Assembly: GCA_050485365.1 (NCBI GenBank)
Contig: JBJHBH010000009.1
Coordinates: 2,192-66,191, forward strand
DNA: 64,000 nucleotides
Source of the DNA: Desulfuromonadales bacterium
GTDB lineage: Bacteria; Desulfobacterota; Desulfuromonadia; Desulfuromonadales; JACZKF01
Reading direction: 5' to 3'
A program made the translations under genes and the position numbers. This document shows positions 18,706 through 28,488 of this stretch, piece after piece. The notes below the pieces were generated by a model that saw only the letters and a program-made list of their open reading frames with translations, did no database searches and was not told the DNA's origin. The stretch's first letter is position 1, and every line of letters begins with the position of its first letter.

Positions 18706-18746
18706 AAAAAAAAAAGGGGAGCCCGCAAGGAGCTCCCCTTTTTTTT
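18706..18746. terminator. Bidirectional intrinsic terminator
   Basis: A-tract, GGGGAGC-CCGCAAGGA-GCTCCCC, T-tract, between convergent atpE and the membrane-protein gene. Confidence 0.85.
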
Positions 18747-18774
18747 GCGTCCGCCGCGAAGGCGACTTTTCCCC

Positions 18775-20604
18775 CTACCCCTTGCCCCCCGACGCCTCGC
18801 TCAGCGCCGCCCCCTCGGGCGCATCGGCGAATCCCTGACGAGGGCGGCTCTCCATCGTCTCGCCGCCCGGCCAACGGCTCAGAACGAAGGAGATCACCAG
18901 GACCGTGAGCCCGAAGGTGAAGACGCTCGCCACCAGCGGTACTCCGGTGATGTTGAGAAAATCGAGGACGACCCGCGCGCCGCCCAGAATCGTGACGAGA
19001 ACGGCGACATTGCGGATCTCCCGGTTTCTGAGGCGGCAAGCGACAAGGAGCAGCACGGCGGCCGCCAGATTGATGATGACCGTCTGCCCCCCCTGAAAGA
19101 CCGCCGCCGGCGCGGCGACATTGCCGACGATGGCGAGATAGAGCGCGGCGCGAAGCAGCACGAAGCCGCTCACCAGAGAGGCGACGAGCACCAGGGTGCC
19201 GGAGCGGTCCTTGCGGTCCCAGGCGTTGAAGACCTGCGAGACGGCGGGCGCCCGGTTCATCCGCAGCCAGTAGAAGTGCATCAGAGCGACGGCGAAGACG
19301 CATGCGGCGACGGCGGCGGCGAGCAGCGGAGCCTCGCCGGGGTGGCGCCCCAGAATCGTGACCGTCAGCACCGCACCGACGGTGAACTGAAGCAGATACG
19401 AGATGAAGCGCAGCCCCCCGTTAAACCAGGAGCGCGACAGCCACGCCAGCCCCAGGGCCAGCGCCGACAAAACCGGCAGGGCGGGCAGGAAACCGCCGGC
19501 GACGATGGGGAGCGATTTGACCAGCAGCACGATCCCGGCGACGATGAAGGCGTTCGCCCACGTCGTTTTCTCCGCGCATCGCCGCGTCAGCCAGTAGGCG
19601 ATCCCCAGGTGCACGACGGCCCCGACCATCCCCGCAAGCGCCAGAGGGAGAAAGTTGTCCCACCAGATGCGAATGACGTAGAACATGGCGCCGAAGGCCC
19701 ACAGAACGTTGACGGTCGGCAGGGCGAGGTCGAAACGAAAGACCTTCTGCACTCCCGGGCGCGTCACGGCGTAGACGGCGCTGAGCAGGTAGAAGAGGGT
19801 GAAGACGGCCACCACCGGCAGGTACCAGTTCAGCCCCAGAGCGCCGAGGGCGGCGACGTCCCCCTCCTGCGCCAGGCGCATGACGAGATTCACCCCCCAG
19901 ACCTGCACCATCCCTGCGGTGAGAAGAAAGATCATCCAGCGAAGCCACGAACAGCGCTTGATGCGCGTGGCGTAGGCGCCCAGCACGTTGGCGACGAGCA
20001 GAACCACGGCGAGATGGGGGAAATAGGGGGCCGGAAAGTTGATGGAGACGGCAGCGACTCCGAGCCCCAGCGTCCCCACCAGCACCGGCAGAGGGGTCGC
20101 GTAGAGGGAGCTGAGAGCGGCCATGGCGAGCGCGGTGACGACCAGGATCAGGTAGGCGGGCAGGGCGCTGAGCGAGCCGAAATGGGCGTTGGTCTCCACC
20201 ACGATGGTGTACATCAGCACCGCGCCGCTCAGCCCGAAGATCGGCGCTAGGGCACTGGAGCGGCTGTAGCCGAGCCAGCCCAGCCCGATGAGCGCGGCGG
20301 CATACGTCATGCCGATGATCGAGCCGAGATCCTTGTCGAGGGTGCCGCCGTCGGTCAGGGTCCGCAGCACCAGGGCGAAGACCAGAAGGAAGCACAGGGT
20401 CGAGATGCGCGGAAGTAGCGACGAGTTGCCGACCCAGCTCAGCAGCTTCTCCGGGGCGTCCTCATCGAGGGCGGCCGAGCGGACCTTCGGCGCCTTGGCG
20501 CCGCCAGCCGCAGGCCGCAGCGAAGCGACCACATTTCGGATGTCGCACAATTCACGCTCCAGGTTCTCGATGCGGGCTTCGAGCAATGCGGTCCTGTCGG
20601 CCAT
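18775..20604 (-). CDS. Large polytopic membrane protein (DUF2339-like)
   Basis: Start MADRTALLEARIENLE (coiled coil) at 20604 followed by many TM segments; family assignment from architecture only. Confidence 0.7.
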   Translation of the reverse strand: MADRTALLEARIENLERELCDIRNVVASLRPAAGGAKAPKVRSAALDEDAPEKLLSWVGNSSLLPRISTLCFLLVFALVLRTLTDGGTLDKDLGSIIGMTYAAALIGLGWLGYSRSSALAPIFGLSGAVLMYTIVVETNAHFGSLSALPAYLILVVTALAMAALSSLYATPLPVLVGTLGLGVAAVSINFPAPYFPHLAVVLLVANVLGAYATRIKRCSWLRWMIFLLTAGMVQVWGVNLVMRLAQEGDVAALGALGLNWYLPVVAVFTLFYLLSAVYAVTRPGVQKVFRFDLALPTVNVLWAFGAMFYVIRIWWDNFLPLALAGMVGAVVHLGIAYWLTRRCAEKTTWANAFIVAGIVLLVKSLPIVAGGFLPALPVLSALALGLAWLSRSWFNGGLRFISYLLQFTVGAVLTVTILGRHPGEAPLLAAAVAACVFAVALMHFYWLRMNRAPAVSQVFNAWDRKDRSGTLVLVASLVSGFVLLRAALYLAIVGNVAAPAAVFQGGQTVIINLAAAVLLLVACRLRNREIRNVAVLVTILGGARVVLDFLNITGVPLVASVFTFGLTVLVISFVLSRWPGGETMESRPRQGFADAPEGAALSEASGGKG

Positions 20605-20954
20605 GGCAGCTCTCCATCTGAAGTAGAACACTTTTTTATTTGACTCTGCATCAGCATTACACCACACTGGCACCCAATGTCAACCTGCTGATTGAGTGCG
20701 ATTTTTTTTTCGATCCATCGCATAACACATTTTGTCTCTTCGAGAGAAAGCGAGCAAAGGTGGCGGGGCGGGCCGGTGCGCGCAGGGGGGTGCCGAGGGA
20801 GACTCTTTTTCATCCCCGGCCTTGACGCAGAGCAAATAGAAAAGTATTTTATTTTATAGCCGACTCTGTCTTAATACCATCACACCGCTTCCATATCGCA
20901 AGGCTTTTCGGAATAACCGTCGTTTCAGAACGTCCGAAGAAAAGGAGTGTTATT

Positions 20955-21443
20955 TTGAAGAATCATGTCTGGCGCCCCCTCTACGTCGTTCTCGGCCTCG
21001 TAGCGGTCATTTTGACCTTCCGCTTTTTCTACGTGCCGAGCGACTTCGGCAGCGGGAAGTACGGCTTCATGTACAGTTATCATCGGGCGTCCAACGTCGA
21101 TGAATGGAAAGCGATCGAGCCGAAGTACCGCGATACGGGTCGCCAGAAACTGCACGAGCACTGCTTGGATTGCCATGGCGGCACCATCGGTATCCGCAGC
21201 GAGGACATGCACGGAATGATCTCCTGCGAGAACTGCCACGGTCCGGCTCTCGATCACCCCAACGAGCCGCAGAATCTCCTGATCGACCGCAGCCGCGATC
21301 TGTGCCTGCGCTGTCACACCCACCTCCCCTACACGACGAGCGAGCGCAAGCGCATCCCCGGGATCGACCCCCATGAGCACAACCCCGGCATGTCGTGCGT
21401 CGACTGCCACGATCCGCACAATCCGAGACTGGAGGACATGTAA
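20955..21443 (+). CDS. cbcS: Membrane-anchored tetraheme cytochrome c (CbcS-like)
   Basis: N-terminal TM and four CxxCH motifs (CLDCH, CENCH, CLRCH, CVDCH); first gene of a cytochrome c/FeS/NrfD operon like Geobacter Cbc4. Confidence 0.75.
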   Translation: MKNHVWRPLYVVLGLVAVILTFRFFYVPSDFGSGKYGFMYSYHRASNVDEWKAIEPKYRDTGRQKLHEHCLDCHGGTIGIRSEDMHGMISCENCHGPALDHPNEPQNLLIDRSRDLCLRCHTHLPYTTSERKRIPGIDPHEHNPGMSCVDCHDPHNPRLEDM

Positions 21444-22217
21444 ATGAAGAGGCGAGACTTCCTCAAGAATTCGATAATGGTGATTGCAGGCGCCTCGGTC
21501 CCCCTCTCGGCCTTGCAGTTGGTCGACCCGAAGGAGGTCCTGGCGCAGAACCCCGACATTCACTGGGCCTTTCTGGTCGACACCCACACCTGCGTCGGAT
21601 GCGGCTTCTGCGTCAAGGCATGCAAGATCGAAAACGATGTTCCTCTCGAGGCCAACGTCCACCGCACTTGGGTCGAGCGCTACGTCTACACCAAGGACGA
21701 CCGCCGCTACATCGACAGCCCCAATGGGGCCGAACACGGCTACACCGACCCTCGCATCGATCAGGGGATCGCCGGGAAGGTCGACATCGATCCGGACAAC
21801 GTCGGAAAGGCTTTTTTCGTCCCCAAGCTCTGCAACCAGTGCCTCACCCCCCCCTGCACCCAGGTCTGCCCTGTCGGCGCCACCTACAAGACGGACGACG
21901 GAGTCGTCCTCGTCGACAAGACGTGGTGCATCGGATGCGGCTACTGCGTCATGGCGTGCCCATACGCCGCGCGCTTCTTCCATCCGGTTACCCACGTCCC
22001 CGACAAGTGCACCTTCTGCTACCACCGGATCCACCGGGGTCTGGAGCCGGCATGCGTCAACGCCTGCCCCTTCGAGGCCCGCAGGCTCTGCAATATCCGC
22101 GACGTCAACGATCCGGTGACCAGGATCATCATGACCGAGCGCGTCGGAATCCTCAAAGATGAATTCGGTACCAGACCCCAGGCCTTCTATATCGGTCTTG
22201 CCACGGAGGTGCGTTGA
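21444..22217 (+). CDS. cbcT: Tat-exported 4Fe-4S protein (NrfC/DsrO/CbcT-like)
   Basis: MKRRDFLK Tat motif; CVGCGFCVKAC, CNQCLTPPCTQVCP, CIGCGYCVMACP and KCTFCYHR...PACVNACP. Confidence 0.8.
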   Translation: MKRRDFLKNSIMVIAGASVPLSALQLVDPKEVLAQNPDIHWAFLVDTHTCVGCGFCVKACKIENDVPLEANVHRTWVERYVYTKDDRRYIDSPNGAEHGYTDPRIDQGIAGKVDIDPDNVGKAFFVPKLCNQCLTPPCTQVCPVGATYKTDDGVVLVDKTWCIGCGYCVMACPYAARFFHPVTHVPDKCTFCYHRIHRGLEPACVNACPFEARRLCNIRDVNDPVTRIIMTERVGILKDEFGTRPQAFYIGLATEVR

Positions 22218-23500
22218 AGATGATGGAGCTGGCACAAGCTGTTCACGGTGAAGCCTGGACCCTCAAGGAGTTCTTCGTTCTGCCCAACGAATACGTCTAC
22301 TGGTCGATCCAGATCGTCATGTACCCCTTCATGACGGGGCTCGTTGCGGGGGCCTTCGTCCTCTCCTCGCTCTATCACGTCTTCGGCATCAAACGCCTGA
22401 AGGAGATCGCGCGCTTCTCGCTCGTCTTCTCCCTGGCCCTGCTGCCGGTGGCGATGATGCCGCTATTGCTTCATCTTACGCAACCGTTTCGCGGCTTTCA
22501 CGTCATGATGACGCCGCACTTCACTTCGGCGATCGCCGCCTTCGGCATCGTCTTCATGACCTACGGCTCCATCGTCGCCAGCGAGCTATGGTTCGTCTAC
22601 CGCAAGCACTTCGTCCTTACGGTGATGGAGCTGAAGGAAAAACGCGACCGCACCTCCCTCGAGAACCTGCGCCTCAACTTCAACAAGATCCTCACCCTCG
22701 GCGCCATGGACATCAGCGAGGAGGCTCTCGAAAAAGACCACAAGGCGACCAAGTACCTGGCGGCCGTCGGGATTCCCGTCGCCTGTTTTCTGCACGGATA
22801 CGCCGGGTTCATCTTCGGATCGGTCAAGGCCAATGCCCTGTGGATGACCCCCCTGATGCCGGTCATCTTCATCATGTCCGCCGTCGTCTCGGGGATCGCC
22901 CTGTGCATCCTGTGCTATGTGGTGACGCAGGAGATCCGCAAGTTCATGGCCAAACGAAAACTATCACGCTGGGGGAAGGACCCCAAAGCCCCGAGCATCG
23001 AGCAGCTTCAAGGAGCGGAGCAGGGGGGAGTTGCGATCGCCTCCAACTATCTTCTCTACTTCATGATCGGCGCCGTCACCCTGGAGATCCTCGACATCAT
23101 TTTCCGCGGCTACACTCAGGTAAAATCGTGGGACATCCTGGGCACTGTCATCATGGAGCGCAAGTTCGTCTCGCTCTGGATCATGCAGTTCGGCATCGGC
23201 AACATCCTCCCCTTCATCATGATGGTCATGCCGGGGCGCACCGTGAGAAGGACCGTCATCGCCTGCATCCTCGTCCTCTTCGGCGTCTTCATGATGCGCT
23301 GGAACATCGTCATCGGCGGACAGGCCTTCTCCCTGAGCTTCGCCGGTTTCATGCACTATCAGCTTCCGATCATTCCGCAAAACTGGGAGACCTTCCGGGA
23401 AGGGCTTACCGGCGCCCTGCTTGTCGCGACCACCCCCTTCATCCTTTTCTGGGGGATCAACAAGTTCATGCCGGTCTTTGTCGACGAAAAACGAGTCTGA
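22214..23500 (+). CDS. cbcU: NrfD/PsrC-family quinol-interacting membrane subunit (CbcU-like)
   Basis: YWSIQIVMYPFMTGLVAGAF, LLLHLTQPFR, HGYAGFIF, LWMTPLMP and MRWNIVIGGQ motifs. Confidence 0.8.
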   Translation: MKMMELAQAVHGEAWTLKEFFVLPNEYVYWSIQIVMYPFMTGLVAGAFVLSSLYHVFGIKRLKEIARFSLVFSLALLPVAMMPLLLHLTQPFRGFHVMMTPHFTSAIAAFGIVFMTYGSIVASELWFVYRKHFVLTVMELKEKRDRTSLENLRLNFNKILTLGAMDISEEALEKDHKATKYLAAVGIPVACFLHGYAGFIFGSVKANALWMTPLMPVIFIMSAVVSGIALCILCYVVTQEIRKFMAKRKLSRWGKDPKAPSIEQLQGAEQGGVAIASNYLLYFMIGAVTLEILDIIFRGYTQVKSWDILGTVIMERKFVSLWIMQFGIGNILPFIMMVMPGRTVRRTVIACILVLFGVFMMRWNIVIGGQAFSLSFAGFMHYQLPIIPQNWETFREGLTGALLVATTPFILFWGINKFMPVFVDEKRV

Positions 23501-23607
23501 ACGAAAAACGGGAGGGCGCCGGCCGATCTTTCGACCCGCGCCCTCCCGGGCTCTTCGCACTGCGTCTGCGCTCTTCCAAATCCCCTCATCTCGAGGGGAT
23601 TCGTCTT

Positions 23608-23883
23608 TCAGGGCCTGCTCGCAACGCCGGCTTTTCTGACGGCTCTGACCATGTGAATGCCGCTTCGGTTCCGGAAGATGCGCATCAGCATCACCCCGAG
23701 GATGGAGAGGAAGAAGCCGACGCAGAGGACGACGTAGCCGAGGCTCCTCCCTTCGCCGATGCCGGCCAGCTCCTTTCCGCCGAGTAGCCCTATCATGGCG
23801 ATGGCGACGAAGGTGACGATACCCCCCAACACATAGACGACCAACGCCGATACGCCCCAGATCATATCTTTTTGCAGTTTCAT
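23608..23883 (-). CDS. Small two-TM membrane protein downstream of cbcL
   Basis: Start MKLQKDMIWG at 23883 with RBS GGAGG; two hydrophobic helices. Confidence 0.6.
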   Translation of the reverse strand: MKLQKDMIWGVSALVVYVLGGIVTFVAIAMIGLLGGKELAGIGEGRSLGYVVLCVGFFLSILGVMLMRIFRNRSGIHMVRAVRKAGVASRP

Positions 23884-23942
23884 CTTTACCTCCGCAGGTG
23901 AAGGGTGGGGGGAGCGCGAGGCTCCCCCCGTTTTTTCCGCCA

Positions 23943-25937
23943 TCAGCCCGAGATGAAGGCGTAGAGCATCAGGAAGGCCAGCGTCAGGCCGGTGAAGACA
24001 GCGAGGAAGCCGAAGCCCTTGAAGAAGAAGTCGTAGAGGACGCCGCTCGTCTTCTTGGCCTCGAACTGATCGAGGATGCCGAGCTCTTCGTAGCGCTTCC
24101 ACTGATCGCCGCGCTCATGGATGAACTCTTCCTTGGAGATCTGCCCGTTGAAGATGACGAAGTCCATCGGGAACTTCTCGGGGCGCCCGTGGGTGTTGAA
24201 GAAGTGGACGGTGAAGATGAAGCCGGTGGCGAGCAGCGCCTCGTCCGAGTGGACGATGGTGGCGACGTTGAACGTCCACCCCGGCAGGAAGAGGGCGAAG
24301 AATTCGGGGAACCACAGCATGAGCCCCGAGCCGCCGATGGCGAACATCCCCCAGAAGACCGCGAGGAAGTCGAACTTCTCCCAATACGTCCAGCGCTCGA
24401 AGGTCGGCTTCGGCCCTTTGAAGAAGAACCACTTGACCATGGCGCTGATGTCCTTGACGTCCCGCAGGTTGGGCATGAGGGAGTCGGGGCCGAAGAGGCG
24501 CTGCAGCCAGTGGGCCTTGGTGCCGTTGCGGTTGTAGACGTTCTTGCGGATGAACAGGAAGTCGAAGCTCATGATGAGCGCGCCGAGGAAGTAGTAGAAG
24601 GTCAGAATGGCGCAGCCGCGATGGATGAGACCGGCCAGGTGCACCCCGCCGAAGAAGTTCATCATGCTCACGGCCCAGGCCTGGTCGGCGAACTTCAGGG
24701 GTAGACCGGTCAAAGAGAGGCCGAGGAAGCTGATGATCACCACCAGGTGCAGGTAGATGTGGCGCTTCTCGAAGCGGATGTACTGTTTGTTGGGCTCGGA
24801 GATGGCGTGGGCGTGCGCCCCTGCGGCTCCGCCTCCGTGCATCCCCCCGACGGGCATGGTCACGGCGACCGACGCCGACACCCCGTCGGCAACGGCTTCG
24901 GCGGTCTCCTCGTCGTGCGACACCGATTGCGACTGGGCGTCGCGCTCGGCCTGCTTCTCGCGGTTCTCGACGAAGCCTCGGAACATCCACAGCAGCGTAT
25001 GGATCCAGAAGACGGCGAAGACACCGACCAGCAGGGACGTCATGCTGATGTAGGTCCAGTACAGGATCGGGTAGTTGGCCCGGTCGGTGTGGTCGCCGTG
25101 CGGTTGAAACTGGGTGAACAGTTTGTTCGCTCTGGGGTGGCACTGGGCGCAGGTGGCCACCAGGTTGTCGGGGTGGATGCTCGAGGCGACATGATCGCGC
25201 GGCAGCACGGCGTGGGCCGTGTGGCAGTCAGAGCAGCCCGCCGTGTCTTCGGGGAAGCCGAGGCGGTAGCCCTTGCCGTGGTAGTTGTCGAGGTAGGTGC
25301 GCACCGTCAGGGCCGAGAGACCGGCGCGGCTCATCATCTGCTCATCGCCGTGGCAGCTCATGCAGGCGTCGGTATGGAAGGCCATCTTCTGCCGGTCGTC
25401 TCCGAGGGCGTCGATCTGGTGCAGGCCGTGGCAGTCGTGGCAGGCGGCCGAATCGGGGTTGCCGTCCAGGACCGAACGGCCGTGAATCGACTCGAGGTAT
25501 TCGGGGTGGTAATGGCACTGCTGGCACGACTCGACGGCCGTCACCTTGTTCCCCCGCCACGCCTGGACGGCGTGGATCTCGGTGTGGCAGTCCTTGCACC
25601 CGATGCCGCTCATCATGTGGATGCTGGCGGCGTGCTCGGCCGTCTCCTCCCGGTGGCAGCGGGAGCAGTTGACCGGCTCGATGCGCGCCGTGCCGTCCAT
25701 GTGCGCATCGATATCCGTGATCTGCGTATGGCAGCTCGTGCACGAGTTGTGGCCGTGAACCGACATCCCGAAGGCTTCGGCGTCGATGTCCCCCATGTGG
25801 CAGTCCATGCAGCTTTCGGCGGCAGGCGGCAGGGCTGCGGGTGACGACAGTGGTGCGCCCAGAATCCAGCAGAAGAGCAAAATCGGAATCAGTCTGAACC
25901 TCATCGGCTTCATCCTCCAGTTTGAGTTGAAATACAT
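23943..25937 (-). CDS. cbcL: CbcL: nonaheme cytochrome c fused to a b-type cytochrome membrane domain
   Basis: Nine CxxCH motifs counted (CMDCH, CTSCH, CSRCH, CKDCH, CQQCH, CHDCH, CMSCH, CSDCH, CAQCH), then an FdnI-like b domain (HLVVIISF, IHRGCA, YWEKFDFLAVFWG, HSDEALLA, HFFNTH). Start may be MRFRL. Confidence 0.9.
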   Translation of the reverse strand: MYFNSNWRMKPMRFRLIPILLFCWILGAPLSSPAALPPAAESCMDCHMGDIDAEAFGMSVHGHNSCTSCHTQITDIDAHMDGTARIEPVNCSRCHREETAEHAASIHMMSGIGCKDCHTEIHAVQAWRGNKVTAVESCQQCHYHPEYLESIHGRSVLDGNPDSAACHDCHGLHQIDALGDDRQKMAFHTDACMSCHGDEQMMSRAGLSALTVRTYLDNYHGKGYRLGFPEDTAGCSDCHTAHAVLPRDHVASSIHPDNLVATCAQCHPRANKLFTQFQPHGDHTDRANYPILYWTYISMTSLLVGVFAVFWIHTLLWMFRGFVENREKQAERDAQSQSVSHDEETAEAVADGVSASVAVTMPVGGMHGGGAAGAHAHAISEPNKQYIRFEKRHIYLHLVVIISFLGLSLTGLPLKFADQAWAVSMMNFFGGVHLAGLIHRGCAILTFYYFLGALIMSFDFLFIRKNVYNRNGTKAHWLQRLFGPDSLMPNLRDVKDISAMVKWFFFKGPKPTFERWTYWEKFDFLAVFWGMFAIGGSGLMLWFPEFFALFLPGWTFNVATIVHSDEALLATGFIFTVHFFNTHGRPEKFPMDFVIFNGQISKEEFIHERGDQWKRYEELGILDQFEAKKTSGVLYDFFFKGFGFLAVFTGLTLAFLMLYAFISG

Positions 25938-25946
25938 GGATCCGCC

Positions 25947-26609
25947 TCAGCTACGCAACAATACTTCCAATGCCTTGTCCTTGTCCGGGTTGTTGAATCG
26001 AAAAACCATCTCCTTGAGGTAGAGCTGAAATTCGTTGCGAAAACTCCCCCGATACCGCCTCAGGTGCTTGCGGGAGAATTCCCAGAATTCCGAAGCGACG
26101 CCTCGATCGCTTTCGGTGCTGTGGGGGAGGTGACGCTGAAGGATGCGGCTGAGAAAGTTCTCCTTCATCCCCCATTGCCCCCCCAGAACGAGGTACGAAC
26201 AACACGCCGGCGGAAGGGCCGCTGCGGAGCCGTCGGGAAAGGCGACCCACACGGTCCCTTCGCGAACGCCGATGCCGCACAGAAGATCGACGATCTTCTC
26301 CGGCCGCCCCTCATTCCCCTGCGACGCGACAGGGGGGCAGTGAACGAGGTCGTTCTGGGCGGCCATCTTCTCCCGGAGCTCGCGGTAGATGCGCTGCGCC
26401 GTCTTGCGATTGATCCCGGCCAGATCGGCGGCCTGGTAGGCCGAACCGAGATTCCAGAAAAGCTGGGCGACGAACTCGCGCTTCTCCTGCGGCAGTCGCC
26501 CCTGGCGCGGATGCGGGGTGAACTTCACGCGGCAGTGACGGCACAGACGACGGCCATCCGCCAAAAGATAGGAATCTGAACTGGAGCAGGCCGGACAATG
26601 ATCGTTCAT
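25947..26609 (-). mobile_element. IS1595-family transposase-derived protein lacking the DDE catalytic residues
   Basis: Zn ribbon CPAC...CRHC, HTH AYQAADLAGINRKTAQRIY and C-terminal FWEFSRKHLRRYRG...FQLYLKEMVFRFN match IS1595 transposases; the DExY, TD and NxIE motifs are absent; no terminal inverted repeats seen. Confidence 0.65.
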
Positions 26610-26885
26610 GCGTTGCCATCCTCCCATAGGTCCTTTTTTCTGGCCTGTTCGAAAATTCCACAAAAAAATTTGGCCAAAGTTTGATTGACCTCCTTTGCCA
26701 CTTCGACCTGTGCGGCCGCACGCTCGGGCGGCCGCTACTCTCTTTGAGGGCACAGGACCAGGGAATAGGCCATTAGATGACTCTTATGTGACACTGTCAA
26801 CCTTTTCCGCTTCATCAGCCCACCTTCTCTCCTGTTTCGTTGATGCACTTTCCGAGCCCATCGGCGAGGGTTCCGCCCGTCAACT

Positions 26886-28295
26886 TCAGGCCAACTCGTG
26901 CCGTTTCATCCAGCGCCACAGCGTGGTGCGATCGACCCCCAGAACGCCCGCCACCTCGGTGCGGTTTCCCCCGTGCCGGTTAAGCAGGTCGCTGAGCGCA
27001 TCGGCCGAGATCTCCTTGCGCCGGCTGCGTGCCGCCGGATGCGTCGGCGCGCTGCGCGGCACCAGGGCCGCCGGGAGGTGCTCCAGATCCATCTCGTCGC
27101 TGCGGCAGAAGATGACGGTCTGCTCCATGATGTTGAGCAACTCGCGCACGTTGCCGGGGTAGTCGTAATCGAGCAGGACCTGCAGCGCCCCGGAGGAGAT
27201 CCCCCGGATCTGCTTGGCGTAGGTGCGGTTGAGGCGCTCTAGGAAAAGATCGATGAGCAGCGGAACGTCTTCGGGGCGCTGGCGAAGAGGCGGAATATGC
27301 AGCGCCAGAACGTTGATCCGGAAGAAGAGGTCGCGCCGAAACGTCCCCGCGCTCACTCTGGCGCTCAGATCGCAGTTGGTGGCGGCGATGAAGCGCACAT
27401 CGATCTTCTGAGGCGCATCGCTCCCCAAGGGGAGATATTCCTGGGTCTCGATGACGCGCATCAGCTTCACCTGCTGCGACAAGGGGAGCTCGCCGATCTC
27501 GTCGAGGAAGAGCGTCCCCCCCCTGGCCAGCTCGAGCCGCCCGGGGCGATCGGCGCCGTCGCCGTCGGGGCCTCGGCGGGTGCCGAAGAGCTCGGCTTCC
27601 AGCTGCTTCTCCGGCACGGCACCGCAGTTCACGGTGACGAAGGGGCCGGCGCTGCGGTGACTGAGTTCATGAATCGCCTTGACGACCAACTCCTTGCCGG
27701 TTCCGCTTTCCCCAGAGACGAGCACCGTGGCATCGCTTCGCGCCACATCGGGCAGCGCATCGAAGAGCCGCCGCATCAGCCGGTTGCAGCTGACGAGATT
27801 GCGGAAGGTGTACGGCGCCGCGTGTTGCGGCGCCTGCTCGCAGCGCGTGCGAAACGCCTCCACGACGCCGATGGCGTGCCCCGCGGCGTCCTTCAGCACC
27901 GAGGCGTTGAGCGAGATGGGGACGCGCTTGTTGTCCTTGTTGCGGATCTCGACATCCCGGTTGACGATGGGGCGGCCGGACCTGCGGGCTTCACGCACCG
28001 GGCAGCAGCTCGAACAGAGGGTGGAGCGCATCACCTCGTGGCACGGACGTCCGAGGACCTCCTCGCGGGTGAAGCCCGTGATCTGCTCGGCGGCGCTGTT
28101 GAAGGAGGTGATGCGCATCTGCTCGTCGACGGTGAAGACGGCGTCGGCCACGCAGTTGAGGACGGCGCCGGTGAGCGCTGACGAGGCGACGGAGAGATGG
28201 GCCGACGCCCTGCCGGTGCGTGCGCTTTGCGAATTCCACGAACTGTGATGTCTGACTTGTGCATCACTCATGGCACACCTCTCGATTTCGATCAC
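26886..28295 (-). CDS. PAS-AAA+-Fis enhancer-binding-type regulator with degenerate GAFTGA loop
   Basis: PAS (FNSAAEQITGF), Walker A GESGTGKE, Walker B LFLDE, FIAATN, PGNVREL, C-terminal HTH LGVDRTTLWRWM; GAFTGA replaced by GPDGDGA. Start probably MSDAQ. Confidence 0.9.
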   Translation of the reverse strand: MIEIERCAMSDAQVRHHSSWNSQSARTGRASAHLSVASSALTGAVLNCVADAVFTVDEQMRITSFNSAAEQITGFTREEVLGRPCHEVMRSTLCSSCCPVREARRSGRPIVNRDVEIRNKDNKRVPISLNASVLKDAAGHAIGVVEAFRTRCEQAPQHAAPYTFRNLVSCNRLMRRLFDALPDVARSDATVLVSGESGTGKELVVKAIHELSHRSAGPFVTVNCGAVPEKQLEAELFGTRRGPDGDGADRPGRLELARGGTLFLDEIGELPLSQQVKLMRVIETQEYLPLGSDAPQKIDVRFIAATNCDLSARVSAGTFRRDLFFRINVLALHIPPLRQRPEDVPLLIDLFLERLNRTYAKQIRGISSGALQVLLDYDYPGNVRELLNIMEQTVIFCRSDEMDLEHLPAALVPRSAPTHPAARSRRKEISADALSDLLNRHGGNRTEVAGVLGVDRTTLWRWMKRHELA

Positions 28296-28488
28296 CCGGT
28301 TGATCCACCCGAACCGCTTCGCCTTCAGATACTCGATCTCTCCTTTTTTTCCTCCTGTGAGGGGTAAATTTACCGCCGCCGAAAGATCCGTCTTGCATTT
28401 CTCCGGTTAATCCGGTATTCTCCGAGCGTTTAAATACCCGTCCTGAATAAGTTTTTTCCCATTAACACCAACGGAAAAGGTAGACACG

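Noticed and set aside
25900-26900. Intact active IS1595 element
   Set aside because: Catalytic DDE motifs are absent, and no terminal inverted repeats or target duplications were found by eye.
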